Shown: in pieces, positions 1 to 12,709 of the stretch
How the letters are laid out: each line of letters opens with the position of its first letter
How positions within the stretch are numbered: position 1 is the first letter of the stretch
Assembly (NCBI GenBank): GCA_010015805.1
Contig: ML978127.1
Span: 992,001-1,056,000, forward strand
Length of the DNA: 64,000 nt
DNA from: Rhizodiscina lignyota
Lineage: Eukaryota
Direction of reading: 5' to 3'
Notes under the pieces: model-generated
Database searches by the model: none
What the model was told of the DNA's origin: nothing
Seen by the model: only the letters and a program-made list of their open reading frames with translations
Translations under genes and position numbers: made by a program

Positions 1-736
1 AATCAGCGTAGAGCGTGAGATGTCGCTTTCGTCCCCATCGACGGGTAAATTACGGGGCTGTTCGATCATGGCAATGTTTCGTAGTGCGAACAAGACAATT
101 CGGATAATGCCTTCGTCCCGTGGGCTCCGTTCATTTCTGGCTTCAGCCATTGCGGGCAGACCAATGCGCACAATTGTCCGTAATATCCGTTCGGAATCAT
201 GCTGGAGAATCGCTCGCTTGTATTTGACCTGTGCCAGTTGCAGGTACGGCATATGTTTATGGTTGTGCACCGTCATCTTTGTATCGTCCTTCTGGACCGG
301 CCATGTTAAAGGTACAAGCAGTTCCACTGCCATAATTAGCATGGTTGGTCAACGAAGTCGGGGACACCACTTACAACAAGCAGCCGCAATCTTGTAGCGC
401 ATGCCCTGTCCTTCGTCTGTCTCTGGCCATGAGGCCAGAATCTCCAACAAGTCCTTGCAAACGAGATCCGCCTCGGCCAAAGCACGCGCAACATCGTGGC
501 GGTTATAGCTGTCATCGTGTAGTTTCAACCAGCGCTTGATATCTTTCAAACATGCCAGAGCATCGTCTCCGAGCACATAACGACCATCGTACTCTGCGCT
601 TGAACCTCCGAGCTGCGTCAATTAGTATGGTTGAAATAGTTGAGACTATTGTAGGACTTACTGCGGAAACAAGACTATTGACGTGCGCTCGAACTTCCGG
701 GTGCACAGTGGGCTGCACCCACTCGTCTATGTTCAT
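1..736 (-). CDS. TOF1: Topoisomerase 1-associated factor 1 / Timeless (replication fork protection complex), 5' part; runs off the window start
   Basis: Spliced N-terminus MNIDEWVQPTVHPEVRAHVNSLVSA|LGGSSAEYDGRYVLGDDALACLKDIKRWLKL... and downstream ELLVPLTWP motif typical of the fungal Tof1/Swi1 TIMELESS domain; GT-AG introns near 661-616 and 372-330. Confidence 0.9.
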
Positions 737-792
737 TTTCGTTGTCAGTTGGCGACTTGATGAAGCATGATGTTAAAGGGTTATTAGCAGTA

Positions 793-818
793 ACGCGGGA
801 AGACGCGACACGACGCGT
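793..818. promoter_or_regulatory. Three MCB-like ACGCG elements upstream of TOF1
   Basis: ACGCGG (793), ACGCGA (803), ACGCGT (813), 10 bp apart, in the TOF1/dehydrogenase divergent promoter. Confidence 0.55.
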
Positions 819-1025
819 TGACGTGACCCGCACCGCGCCCGCGCCGCAGGGCTGAGCTAAAGTCCGGGACACTCTGTGCTGACCGTGCATTTTACATCAT
901 CTGTCCCATGTGACGATGACCTCGGCGTTCTCTTCAGCTTTGCCGATGTTAAGCGTCACCAAAATATAAGTTTGATGACCGACGCAAGTGAGCTTTTCTC
1001 TTTGCATCTCTTGTAGCGCTTCAAG

Positions 1026-2100
1026 ATGTTTGCCAGAAAAGCGCAACCTACGCTTGCGCGATGTGCGCAATGCGTTCGATCCCGCCAATTTAGCTCTACA
1101 TCGCTCAGAGCTGCCGCTGAGGTGAAGAAGCTTGGAGTCCTGGGAGCTGGACAGATGGTGTGCTCCAAAGAACGCTCATCTCCTACCTCCAATTGATCAA
1201 GTACAGGGCCTTGGGATTGCTCTAGTAGCCGCACAAAGAGCTAAAGTTCCCGTCCGACTCATCGACACCCAACAAGCGTCTTTGGACAAAGGCCTAAAGT
1301 TCAGGGACAGGCTGTTGGAGAAGGATGTCTCGAAAGAGCGGATATCAAAAGACGACGCAGAAGCAGTGAGGCAGCGGTTTACACCCAGCACGAACTTGGA
1401 TGACCTTTCAGACGTCGACTTTGTCATCGAGGCCGTTCCTGTATGTTTTCGCGACGGCCACTGCAGATAGATCAAATGGAAAGGCTCATACACGATGTCA
1501 CAGGAAATCCCGGACCTCAAGGCCAAGATTTTCTCTCAGCTCGCGAAGATATGCCCTTCTCATGCCATCCTTGCAACAAATACGTCGTCGATTAGCATTA
1601 CCAAGATTGCCGCCGCAACCACCGCCGACCCGACCGACCTCTCCGCCCCTTCACGAGTCATCTCCACACACTTCATGAACCCGGTTCCGATACAAAAGGG
1701 TGTTGAGATAATCACCGGCCTCCAAACCTCCGAGGCAACCATCGAGACGGCAATTGCATTCTGCAAGGCTATGGGAAAGATACCTTCGCGTAGTGCCGAC
1801 AGCCCTGGGTTTCTTGCAAACCGCATATTGATGCCATATATCAACGAAGCAATAATATGTCTTGAAACTGGCATCGGAGAGAAAGAGGATATAGACAATA
1901 TTATGAAGAACGGGACGAACGTGCCAATGGGGCCACTTCAGTTGGCAGACTTCATTGGCATCGACACTTGCTTAGCAATTATGAGAGTCTTGTATGGAGA
2001 GACGGGTGATAGCAAATATCGACCTGCGGTACTGCTTCAGAAGATGGTAGATGCCGGATGGCTGGGAAAGAAAAGCGGCAAGGGATTTTATGACTATTAG
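1026..2100 (+). CDS. 3-hydroxybutyryl-CoA / 3-hydroxyacyl-CoA dehydrogenase, probably mitochondrial (2 introns)
   Basis: Arg/Ser-rich presequence MFARKAQPTLARC..., Rossmann GVLGAGQMG, VIEAVPE, ATNTSS, HFMNPVP, PGFLANR, PMGPLQLADFIGID, C-terminal GKKSGKGFYDY. Confidence 0.92.
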
Positions 2101-2267
2101 ACGTGTCAGAATCTGTAAAATATATGACCAAAAGCAGGTGAATATAATATTTGTATAAGACAAGCTGGAAGGGAGCGTGGTCTCCGCTAACTGAACCCAT
2201 GTAACATCTCATCTCTCATGACGTATTGTTAATGTAAAACAAAAAGAAAAGCGAGCAAACGCAGAAT

Positions 2268-4010
2268 TTACACTGCCCGGCCAACATATATTGTTTCCTT
2301 AGACCCTTGCCCAGAGCTCCTCGTCAAGCTGTTCTGAGACTCGCGGTGCTCGTGCCAACCGGTCCCCGATCTTCCGAACGCATCAAAACTGTACTCCATT
2401 GGAGGCCCTTGAGGCGACAACATAGACGCCATTGTAACTGGTTGGTATGCCACAGGGATGGGACTAGGCCCCTCTCCATCGCTCTCTATCATCCAGGCCT
2501 CATGTGCTTGTGCAAAACTCGTCGTCTCAATGATCTCGGGTCTCCTACTTGGCCACTTCAGCTTCCTTTTCATCCGCACTAACCCATGCTTTGGGTGACT
2601 TCCGCTCCTTGAGGCTCCCCTCGACGAATTACTTCTGCTCGTTTTATACCATCCGCTTTCCTCTTTCGTTAGCTTATATTGGGTACGTCCGGTGTTATCG
2701 AGTTTGCGAGATGCCATGTGAACGGGGGAGCTGCGACTTCTAGGCCTGCTGGAGGGGCGTGAAGTGAAGTGAGACGACAAATTCGGTAATGTTTTCTGGA
2801 AGAAGATGCGAAAGATGGATTTCAACGACGGTGCACAAGCGCATATGATGCCAAGTTGGAGTTCGGCGATCGAGGCAACGTAAGTGTCGAAGCCGAGCCC
2901 TTTGTGCACTTTGTCAGTCACTAGTTTTCTTCAGATGCACTGTTTGAAAGTTTCATGACGCTGTACGAGCAAGACTATCCATGCTTTTACGGGGCAGTAT
3001 TAAAATTCCTAGAAATGGTTGCACTTACAAGTAATATCAGTGCTCTTGCCGCTGAAAACTCTGCCAAGATAGATTGTCCGAACGATACCTGCAGCTACGA
3101 CTCTTAATGTTGTGTCAGCGGGGATCTGAACGAATGGACCGGTTTTAAACGTACGAAAAACCGAGTCCAAATATACAGTACAGGCCAACCTTCTGTCGCA
3201 TGGGGATGTTCAGCTGCATGAGCAAGAAACCAGGGAGGAGCAAGGCGTAGAAATCGCTAAATACGCTCAGCGCTCCGGCAAGTTGCGTGGTCCATGTCTC
3301 GGTGAACGGTGATACGCAGTGATAATTCGCAGTGTAAGTGGGATCGTATCGCATCCAGATGGCTTCGACAGGTCGACAGATTGTGAAGAGCAAAAATTCG
3401 AATACGATTGAATAGAGAACGCAGAAGATGAGCGCCACCCATACAGAGACTTTGTAGTATCTTGAACAGGTCCCTTCTACCACTCGCTGGTAGAATAACA
3501 AGACCGAGACTTTGTTGAAGCATGAAGCGGGGATAAACAAGACTTCGATGAGTCTTCCGAACTGTTGAAGAAAAATCAGCAGCTTTCCTGATAGCTGGAC
3601 TTGAAGAATCGGGCGGCCTTACCAACCCGCCACGAGCCCATTCCGTCCATGGTACGTCCCAAATATGTCGGTCAAATCCAGCAGTGTAGGTAGCTAAGAG
3701 TCCACAGGTTAGTCGAGCTCTTTCATCATTGCGAGTCAGACCGTACAAAGCAGAACCAGCGCCGTTAGGCCGCCACCGAAAGCCTTTAGGAGGTTAGTCA
3801 AATACATATCTCGTCTTGAAAGTTTTGACTTACGAATGCTAAAATTATGAAAACATCATCCCAACCCCATTTAGTACTTTGCTTGGTCAAGCGCGACACC
3901 AATCGCAATCCAAGGAATAATGAAGTGATAGCTTGAAATGTTATGGCATACGCTGGCATCCAGGTCCGTCGTTCAACGCCGTCTCCTGGGACAAGGGAGG
4001 GAGAAGGCAT
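2268..4010 (-). CDS. PTH11-like integral membrane protein (fungal rhodopsin-domain GPCR-like), multi-exon
   Basis: LGLRLVSRL..WGWDD, GFDRHIWDV, KVSVLLFYQRV, C-x-P..W, DFYALLLP..LMQLNIPMRQK, ELQLGIICACAPSLK motifs followed by a Ser-rich cytoplasmic tail. Confidence 0.85.
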
Positions 4011-6826
4011 TGGTAGGGGTTGATATGTGTAGAATTATAAATTAATGAATGGGAGTTAATGCGAAGATAAGTGATATATCATTTGGGGTCTTGCAATTAT
4101 GGCAGTTAGATCCAGAAGCTTGGTGGAAGAAGACACTGGTTGAGAAGATGGTGCTTTATGAAACGTCAAACCATGGCCTGGCCCGAGAACGTTCCAAACC
4201 GTCAGTAGATGTACTCGAGAAGCCGTGTGATATGTAACTGAGTAGCTCAAAGTGAAAGACTAGCATACAGTTTCGAGTAGGAGAACTAAAGAAATGGAAA
4301 CAAAATCTTCTAGACGCGTTGAAGAAACAGGAAAAGCCTTCCTACGACAAACGAAGACATGACATCTTGTCGGCCATGACACGTCCCGTTTGATGTCTGT
4401 GACTTGACACGCTTCCCTGGCTGCGTACAATGGCGATGTTCCGGGGTTCAGCTCATGTATGTAAATTCTAGCCGATTCTGATGGCTTTTCGGAGCTTAAC
4501 TGAGCTCAGTTATTATTATATCGCCAAAACTTGGCCATCTACCTCTCGGGACACTCCAAATTGGCGAAAGTCCGATGCCGATAAAGGGACCGGGCAGACA
4601 TGCTGCTGGATCATCACATCTCCATCGGGCCAAACTTGTGTGACTGTGTGACCGCTCGACTGGTCCTTAGGACCGCATGGTCCGACTTTGCAACGTGGTA
4701 GACCTGGGCTCCGCATCGAAGCCTAATACGTGCCTGAGTTAAGTCAAGGTTGGAAGCACGATCGACGCCAGGAGCAGTCTTGCAACTGCGCCTTGCAACG
4801 GTTAAGCTGCGCCTAAATGGGTTTTGCTGGGAATAACTGTAAGTTCATTCATCCCACGTTCCAAAGGCTGTTTGTTCTCACTGAGCATGCCGTCATCGAA
4901 GGTTGTGTGTGGCAGCGAGCCTGCGCTAATCAGAACCGCGAGTGTCGTCAAGGTCGAAACACACGTGAAGCACGTCGTGAATACGGGAGGGCTGCGTCCG
5001 GTCCGAGCAATCGAAACATTCTAATCTTAATAAGGTATTTGGCTGGCTTGTGCCTGATGGCGATCCTTGCGCCAGCTGCACGAACTTCGCGAACTGCACA
5101 TCCTCACAACGCCAAAGTGCTAAGAGATGGGGCCATACCAGGACGCCAGCGACAAAGACAGGCACGCTTTGTGACCCCAAGTTTGGACTTGCATATTTTG
5201 CATGCACATCTGTATTGAAAAATTCTGCCCCAAGGAGCAGACCTTCTGTGTATCTCTGACTTTATTCTCCGACTGCAGGAGATCCATTTCGGCCCGTCAT
5301 CCCATGCGAGAAGGGCACTGTACCAACGCCACCTGAGCTCTTCGGCAGTCCGCTGGCCGCTGTTTGATCGGTGCGTCGAATGTCAGGTCTCCACGTTAGA
5401 CTAGGGCATATCCAACGACTAGAGCTGTTTGCCTCGCTTGAATACCGTCATATAGTTGCGACCATTAGCCGTTATGGATTTAAGGTTTTGGGCGACAAAA
5501 CTGAACAACCTGAGCACAGATCGAGCTGGAGGCTCTCACGGAAGTCTAAATGCCGTCATAACGATTCAGTTCGATGTGAAATGGAATTGCTATCTTGTAC
5601 TCCGTACAGCTATATTACTCGCAGAACATGGGGAGATGTGACAGCTATGGAGCGCGATGAATCAACGGCGCTGACCAGCTGCTCTCACAGTGACATGAAC
5701 TGCGAAGCACTGATCTTCAGCAGGGTGTCTATATCCCAGATGCCTGCTCTTCTGTGTACAAATGCTAACAAGAATTGAACATCAGGTAGGCAGCTTCAGA
5801 TTATCGCGGAATACGCATACGGGCCATGAACGATTCTCACGGACCTCCCTACTCTCTGTAAAATGCTTTCTAATCGCAGACACGAAATTAAGACATTGCT
5901 TTCGAATTCTTCTCCAAGTCAAGCTTTCAAGGTTCCCAGGAGACACAACACCGACGCCGGACAAACGATTACAGACCAGACTCTAGAAGAGTGCGGTACA
6001 GTGCGAACCTTGATGATGCAGATTTCTAATAGAAACCGGAGCTTATTTCCTAAAACTCATATCCGAATGAATGTGTCACACCACCTTCCAAGAGCCGAGC
6101 AAAGACAAAGAGGCTCCTGCCATGCTCTTTTCCAGGGCGCATCTTATCCATCAAGACAGTTTCGGCCGTCGGGCATCGAAGTCACAAAGAAAGACCGTAT
6201 CGGATTCAAAGTAGACATGAGGCGAGTGGGATGTGCGGTTGATCGCAAGGGAACGCTCTTCTGTAATACTTAGCCTTTTCCATGGTTTGATCGCCGTGGC
6301 AAGACCCACCATGATCCGCGACAATCCAAGCTGGCGCTGTCGACATCCAGTTACAGAGTGTCTAGGAGTCAAGACTGCTTTGAAGCGACTAAGTGAGTCG
6401 TCCGAGTCAATCGTGCTTCCTTTTACGGAAATCTCATTGTTGTCTTCAATGACTGCGACGTCACGCTTCCGCGATCTCGGTTGAACCCTGAAGGCTAGTT
6501 TACAATCCATTACATGTCCAGGCATCACAACACTGTCTCCCAATGATTAGTGCTGTACTCTCCGCGCTTGGCATATTATCCATTCAATTTCGGCTCGGTG
6601 CAGCAATCCTCACGTCTCCGGATCCTCACTCACCCGGACTGCTTTGTGCAAAATTGGTATGGGAGGCACACATGGAAAAGCTTCCAAAATTTTTGATAGA
6701 CCTCTCTAGGTTGCTGCAGTGGCTACTATATATGAGAAATGTTCACGAAGATATACGACGAATATGCAGAGAGGTATTGAAGAGTTTTAGACGAGGCACA
6801 CACACTCCCTCCCACGTTTACATGTT

Positions 6827-8135
6827 CTATTTCACCTTCTGCTCTGGTAACTGCGTTAATAGCTCACCCTTCTCCACAGCTCTTCGCAAGTTCTCCAGCA
6901 CAAGTAATTCCATCTCCTTCTGCGTCTCATATGTCATGGTTCCAATGTGCGGCAACAACATGACTCTAGGGTTATTTAGCAAGCCAGGTTCTACTTGCGG
7001 CTCATTCTCATAAACGTCGAGACCTGTCGAGGCGACCTGCGAACATCGTTAACTCCGTATTCTATTCTCGACATTTTTCACAGACCTTGCCAGAGTCGAG
7101 CGCAGCAACGAGTGCCTTCTCATCAATCAAAGGGCCACGTGCCGTATTCACGATGACCACACCATCTTTCATCTTCGCCAGCTCTTCGCCGCCGATGATG
7201 TGTCTGGTAGAGGGATTCAACGCGAGATTAAGGCTGAAGACATCTGAACTGGCCAGCAGCTCATCAAATGAAACGTATCTTGCGCCTTCCTCCAGATCTG
7301 GCGATAGTCGGTTACGGTTGTGATATTGGATTGTCATGCCGAAGGCTCTAGCTCGACGAGCCATTTCCTGACTGTGATTTAGGGTGATTTTCGCAGCATG
7401 TCCTTTCCGATACTTACACGTCCGATTCCTCCCATTCCAAGGATGCCGAGAAGTTTTCTGTGAGGGTCGTGGCCCAGAGTAGCCTTGCCCTGCCATTCAC
7501 CTGCTCGAATGGAGGCCAAGGGGACATACGCTTGTCGCAATGCCCCAATCATGAGGAAGATGCCAGTGTCGGCGGTCGAGTTGTTGACAGCAATTGGTGT
7601 ACTAGAGATTGAGATACCTGGCACACGACAATATCATCAACACAGGACAGCTGTGACAATACTTGGGATGATGGCCTTCACTCACCAGCCTTTGTCGCCG
7701 CCGGAACATCGATATTATCATATCCGGCTCCATTATGGCATATGTACTTGAGGGATTTGGGCAGAGCTGAGATCAATTCCTCGTTAAAGAGACCTGTATG
7801 CTAGGAGATAATCCATATCAGCCGAATTCAGATCATTTTCCCAGTACAGGTCTTTCACTTACGGCAGTTGAGGCATTCGAGCGGTAGATGGCAACCACAT
7901 CATCGTATAGGCCACTTTTGCAGTTGTCTAGAAACTTGTCGCGCCCTCCGCTGGGAAATTCCTGTAATTCGTAGACTCAATGTCAGTAGAGACATGGCTT
8001 ATGTACATCTGAACATTCAAATCTTTATAAAATCCTCATGTATCGTACCTTCAAAGTCAATATCGATGAGAGAGATTCCCATTCCGGCCGAGCATGCGTG
8101 ATGTCTCCGATCAACAACGCGGATTGTGAAGACAT
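6827..8135 (-). CDS. D-isomer-specific 2-hydroxyacid dehydrogenase (glyoxylate reductase-like), multi-exon
   Basis: ICHNGAGYDNID, LGILGMGGIGR, IVNTARGPLIDE, GLDVYENEP, LLPHIGT catalytic motifs; ATG at 8135, TAG at 6827. Confidence 0.9.
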
Positions 8136-8861
8136 GATTACTGAGGGCTCTGCGGGAAATGAAAACTAGAACCGCATTCGCAATTTCTGTTCCCAATTTT
8201 CTTTCTCAACTGAACTATTCGCCTCTGGGTAGACAGCCTTGGCAGCTCCAAGTTCAGAAGACGACGACTCCTTTGCGAGTTACTTATTCGCACAGTGACT
8301 CAACGCTCTCAGCTTGCAAAAGTGCTCTGAATTTATTCCATAACACGTAGCAATTCTTTCTCCGAGGGAGCATGAGTTTGTAAGTGTAGCTGGGATGTTC
8401 GAAGGTGACCAACAAAACTTGGGTTGCAGCCACCTGGAAGCGCCTCAGCACGGCTGCGCTTTGCTCGCCGGATCGAGCCAGCTTTTCCCTTCTACCACTC
8501 CACACACCTTTTTGCCTGACAATCGGTTGTCGCTCATCCCTGACAATCTCACCTGCATCATTGCCAATGCTCATTGGCACGAGTAGCATGCCACGTCGGA
8601 GTCAAGCAAATCAGGCGTTGGTTTCCGGGTTGTCCGCCGGAGAGGAGAGCTGTCGCAGGATCATCGCACCGCGATGAACGCGCGATAGAGATGTCTCCAC
8701 TGCCGAGCTGCCGATTACTCTATGCTCTGGGGTGATAAGAATCCTAGGTGATAAATGAATATCGTCGATTCGAGGATTGCAATTCAACATGCCAACCAAA
8801 GGAACATCTGAAAGCTCGTTAATATTGAAATAGCACTCGAATTGACAGTATATCACGAATC

Positions 8862-9909
8862 ATGAGCACCCAAACAGCCACGGCGACTATTCCCACCGTC
8901 GAGAGTCCCTTCAGGTGAGCCGGTTGTTCGCTGTCTTCTCGCCAGACTAAGTTTGTATAGATTGATAGGCGGGTATGGAGACTTTCGAGACGACCTTATC
9001 TCTCACGGATATGTTGTAATTAAAAATGCTATCGAGCCAGAGAAAGCACGTTATTACCAGCAAAAGGCTTTCGAGTGGCTCACGTCCTTCGGTACCGATT
9101 TGGATTTGAAGAAGCCTTCAACTTGGATCGCGGCAAACCTTCCGGTCCAGAATATCAGGTTGAACACATTCGAAAACTACGCTGTCGTGCATGAGAAATT
9201 TATGTGGGATGCTCGCTTGGAGCCAGGAGTTGTCGATGCTTTTGCGAAAGTCTGGGGTACAGACGAACTCCTGGTCTCCTTCGACTCCATAAACATCACA
9301 CTGCCCAACCGTATAGACAAACCTGTGCGGGCTCCGTGGCCACACACAGACCAAGCTCCGAGGAAACGTGGGATGCACTGTGTGCAAGGGATCATCAACC
9401 TCAGTCATGCCGGGCCTGAAGATGGCTCTCTGGTCGTCATTCCCGGTTCCCATGCCATCCTTGAAGAGTTCTATGACACCCAAACCGACCCAGCTTCGTG
9501 GCCAACTCGTGACGTTCGTTATTTCAGCGAAGAGGAGATGAAATGGTTCGCAGACCGAGGCTGTACACCTAAAAAGGTCCCTGCTGAGCCCGGAGATCTA
9601 ATCCTTTGGGATTCTCGTACCATCCACTGGGGAGGCGAACCGACCGAAAAGAGCGACACCATCCGCACAGTCATATACGCCGCTTATGCACCAGCGAAGA
9701 TGGCATCGAAAGATGCTCTGGAGGAGAAGCAGCGCGTGTTTCGTGCGAACGGCGCCACTACGCACTGGCCACACGACAATATTCGCCTCCGAGATGTGCA
9801 AGCTTGTTTTCCTGATGGCACTCAAGATCCTCGTGATCGATCGGAGCCCCTTGAGAAGGCGGAACAGACTGATCGTTTGCTACGACTTGCTGGAGTGAAG
9901 GCCTATTGA
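8862..9909 (+). CDS. Phytanoyl-CoA dioxygenase (PhyH)-family Fe(II)/2-oxoglutarate dioxygenase (1 intron)
   Basis: GYVVIKNAI, LLVSFD, HxD motif WPHTDQ, VIPGSH, GDLILWDSRTIH distal His, RTVIY. Confidence 0.85.
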
Positions 9910-10257
9910 TTGAGTGCTTGAACATAATTCAAAAGTACATTGTAGTTTAAATTATTTGACTCCTCTCATCCGCTCACTACAGCCACGGCCTTCAAGGGGT
10001 ATTGGATCGAAGCTTTTGCTCAGCAATATTGTATTTAGTCAATATGAATTATGTTTAGAAGAACATCCAATGAAAAGAACAATATCTTTTACCCTCTCGA
10101 GTCATTTGTTTCATTGGCTGAGCTTGCTTACTGCCCGGTGTACTTTGGTTAAATAGTGGAAATCTCCCCGCGTCTTCCCCGCATACGATACTTCTTGACG
10201 CCGTTCTAGACACACCCTAAAGATTCTCAAGTGTTCAAGAATCCAGCAGCGGTGCGG

Positions 10258-12394
10258 ATGTCCAACAATATCCAGGATGGAACAGGTGCATCAGTTGAGG
10301 GAGAGCCTCCGACCAAGCGGTTAAGAATGCTCTCAAAGGCGTGGGTGCCTTACCCCTGAGCCGATTCTGCGGCGCTGCTAAATTTCTGACCCTTGCGTAA
10401 CAGCTGTGAGTCTTGCAAAGCAAAGAAATCAAGATGTGACAGTGCTCGTCCACGATGTGACACTTGCCGTAGAAAAGGTAAGAATCCCAGTATCCATTCA
10501 CACCAGAGATTTAAGCTAATTCTTACTTAGGCTCCGAATGTGTCTACCGGGAGAGAGGACAGCCGGGCCTCCGTCCGGGATATGGCAGAGGCGTTGAGAA
10601 CCGCCTGACCCTTCTTGAGGACAGCATGAAGAAGATGAATCAGACCATTCGGGAGACTCTCCTTTTTGCCCGGTCTGGAGGACTTGGTGCCAGTACATCA
10701 ATGCCCTCGGCGGATCAAGAAGCGCCAGTGCCCAGAGTTGCCGACGACACTCAACTATGGCAAACATCACAACAGCAGCAGTCGACTGACGTGGTCTCAT
10801 TCGCTTCAACACCTGCGATGGAACAGATGCCATTTCCAAGCATTCCCGAACCAAACATTGACACGGGGCTTCCTCCAAATGATATCTTGCAAGGCCTCGC
10901 TGAATTGTTCTTCGAGCTGATTTATCCTTGGGTCCCACTATTTTACAAAGCAAAGTTCATTTCTAATATGTTTTTACCGGAGCGTCAGATACTCCTCCAC
11001 GGGATTGTAGTTACGGCGTTCCGATTCTGGCGGAAACCGGCTCCTTCGGTTGACATACGAGACGCTTTTGTGCAAGCTTCTCGCGAGCGGATCCTACTTC
11101 ATTGTGTTGACGCGTGCTCCATAGTTTCAACTCAAGCGCTTGCCCTCTTGGCTGTGGATGCAATTGGGCAAGGTCCAGGTCCAAGAACGTGGAACATCAT
11201 GGCCATGTTGATTGCCGCTGCACAGCAGTTGGGGCTTGCAAAAGGCTCCAGTCCAACAACCTCCGAAAATACTGCTTCAATGGTCCAAAACCAAGATCCA
11301 GATGATGGCTTGGATGTGTCTAGTATCGACGCCGAGGAGAAGCGACGCCTCTTCTGGATGATCTATTTTCTCGATCGCTTTTCAAGTGTATCCCATGGTC
11401 AGTCCGGTGGCGTGGACACGAAGAGTATCAAAATACGATTTCCCGCGAATGAGGAGGATTGGGGCCAACCGGTGACTACAGAGTGGTTCCAAGCAACGGG
11501 CACTGTCCGGTCCGCACCCCTCAATTATTCCAACAACTTGTGGCGCTGTCACATCGACTTGTTGGCGCTGCTGGACAGATCCAATCAACTTTTAATCCAA
11601 CCAATCAACTTATCTAGCCCCGCACATTGCCAGGAATGGCAAAGTAGCTTTCGGCTACTGGGCATCACTCTGTCTACCTGGTTTGAGAATCTCCCAAGAG
11701 AGGTTCGTGAATCGCCGTCTGATTTCGCTCCCATGTGGATTATGATCCATGCGACTCTACATTTGTATGTTCACTGTCAAACCGTATCAGGGTTGTATTA
11801 CTCTGGTCTTACTAACCAATTTGCTAATGCAGAATAAATCTTCGCATGCATACAGTTGCTGCATTCCCCTCAACGACATCTCCTTATTTAAGATCATCTC
11901 CCTCTGCACGGGGACGATTGCGTCAAGATATTAGCAGCGTAGTATCTCTGGCAAATCGCCTTCAGTCTCATGAGCTCGATCAGCTCGGCCCAATCTTTGC
12001 CTTTGTCGTTTGGGTAGCCGCCAGGAGCCTCGTAATCTTGTGGACGATGGGATATGAAAGTACATACGGTGCCATCCCAGCAGACCTGGAATCCCTTCTT
12101 TGTGTTTTGAGACAAATATCTACGCGCTGGAAGTGTGCACAACGGTATGCGGACATCATCCAGTTGATTTTAGATTCGAAGAACAAGCCGGATGGTTCCA
12201 TGGATCTAAACATCTTCAACGACACGAGACGGACCGCATATGCGCTTCAGGAACGCCTTGGAGTTCAAGCAGTACATCGAGCCATCAAAGAACCTGACTG
12301 GTTTGATTTTTCCGACATGCCTATCTTCGATGAGAACGAGTTGACAGCTCGAATTGGAAACTTCATAACCGACGTCGATACGGAATGGTTGTAA
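10258..12394 (+). CDS. Zn(II)2Cys6 transcription factor with fungal-specific TF domain
   Basis: Spliced ACESCKAKKSRCDSARPRCDTCRRKGSECVY binuclear cluster; middle homology region AQQLGL...EEKRRLFWMIYFLDR. Confidence 0.9.
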
Positions 12395-12709
12395 ATATTA
12401 AGCTTCAATCAAATGAACATGTACAATATTAGTATCAACCCGCGTCTATAGACCTTTGACGGCGATGTCTATCAACATATCACTTTTTTGTGACAGTAAC
12501 ATGCACTGTAGTTTGATCATCAAGCCTGTGACTATTCTGGTGCAAAGTTACGCCGTAACGGAGCACGAAAACGCAAAGCGCGGATATCCACTTTTAGCCT
12601 CGGAACCTCCAACATTTAGACGGAAAAACATATTTCACTTCATTCCAAGCAATTTGATTCTTTAAACTTATCACGTAAGAGTCATCGAGTCCTCGAGTCG
12701 TGCGTAATC

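Noticed and set aside
10166..10183. Paired CCCCGC (CreA-like) sites, also near 17888 and 35739
   Set aside because: The SYGGRG hexamer is too frequent to call from sequence alone
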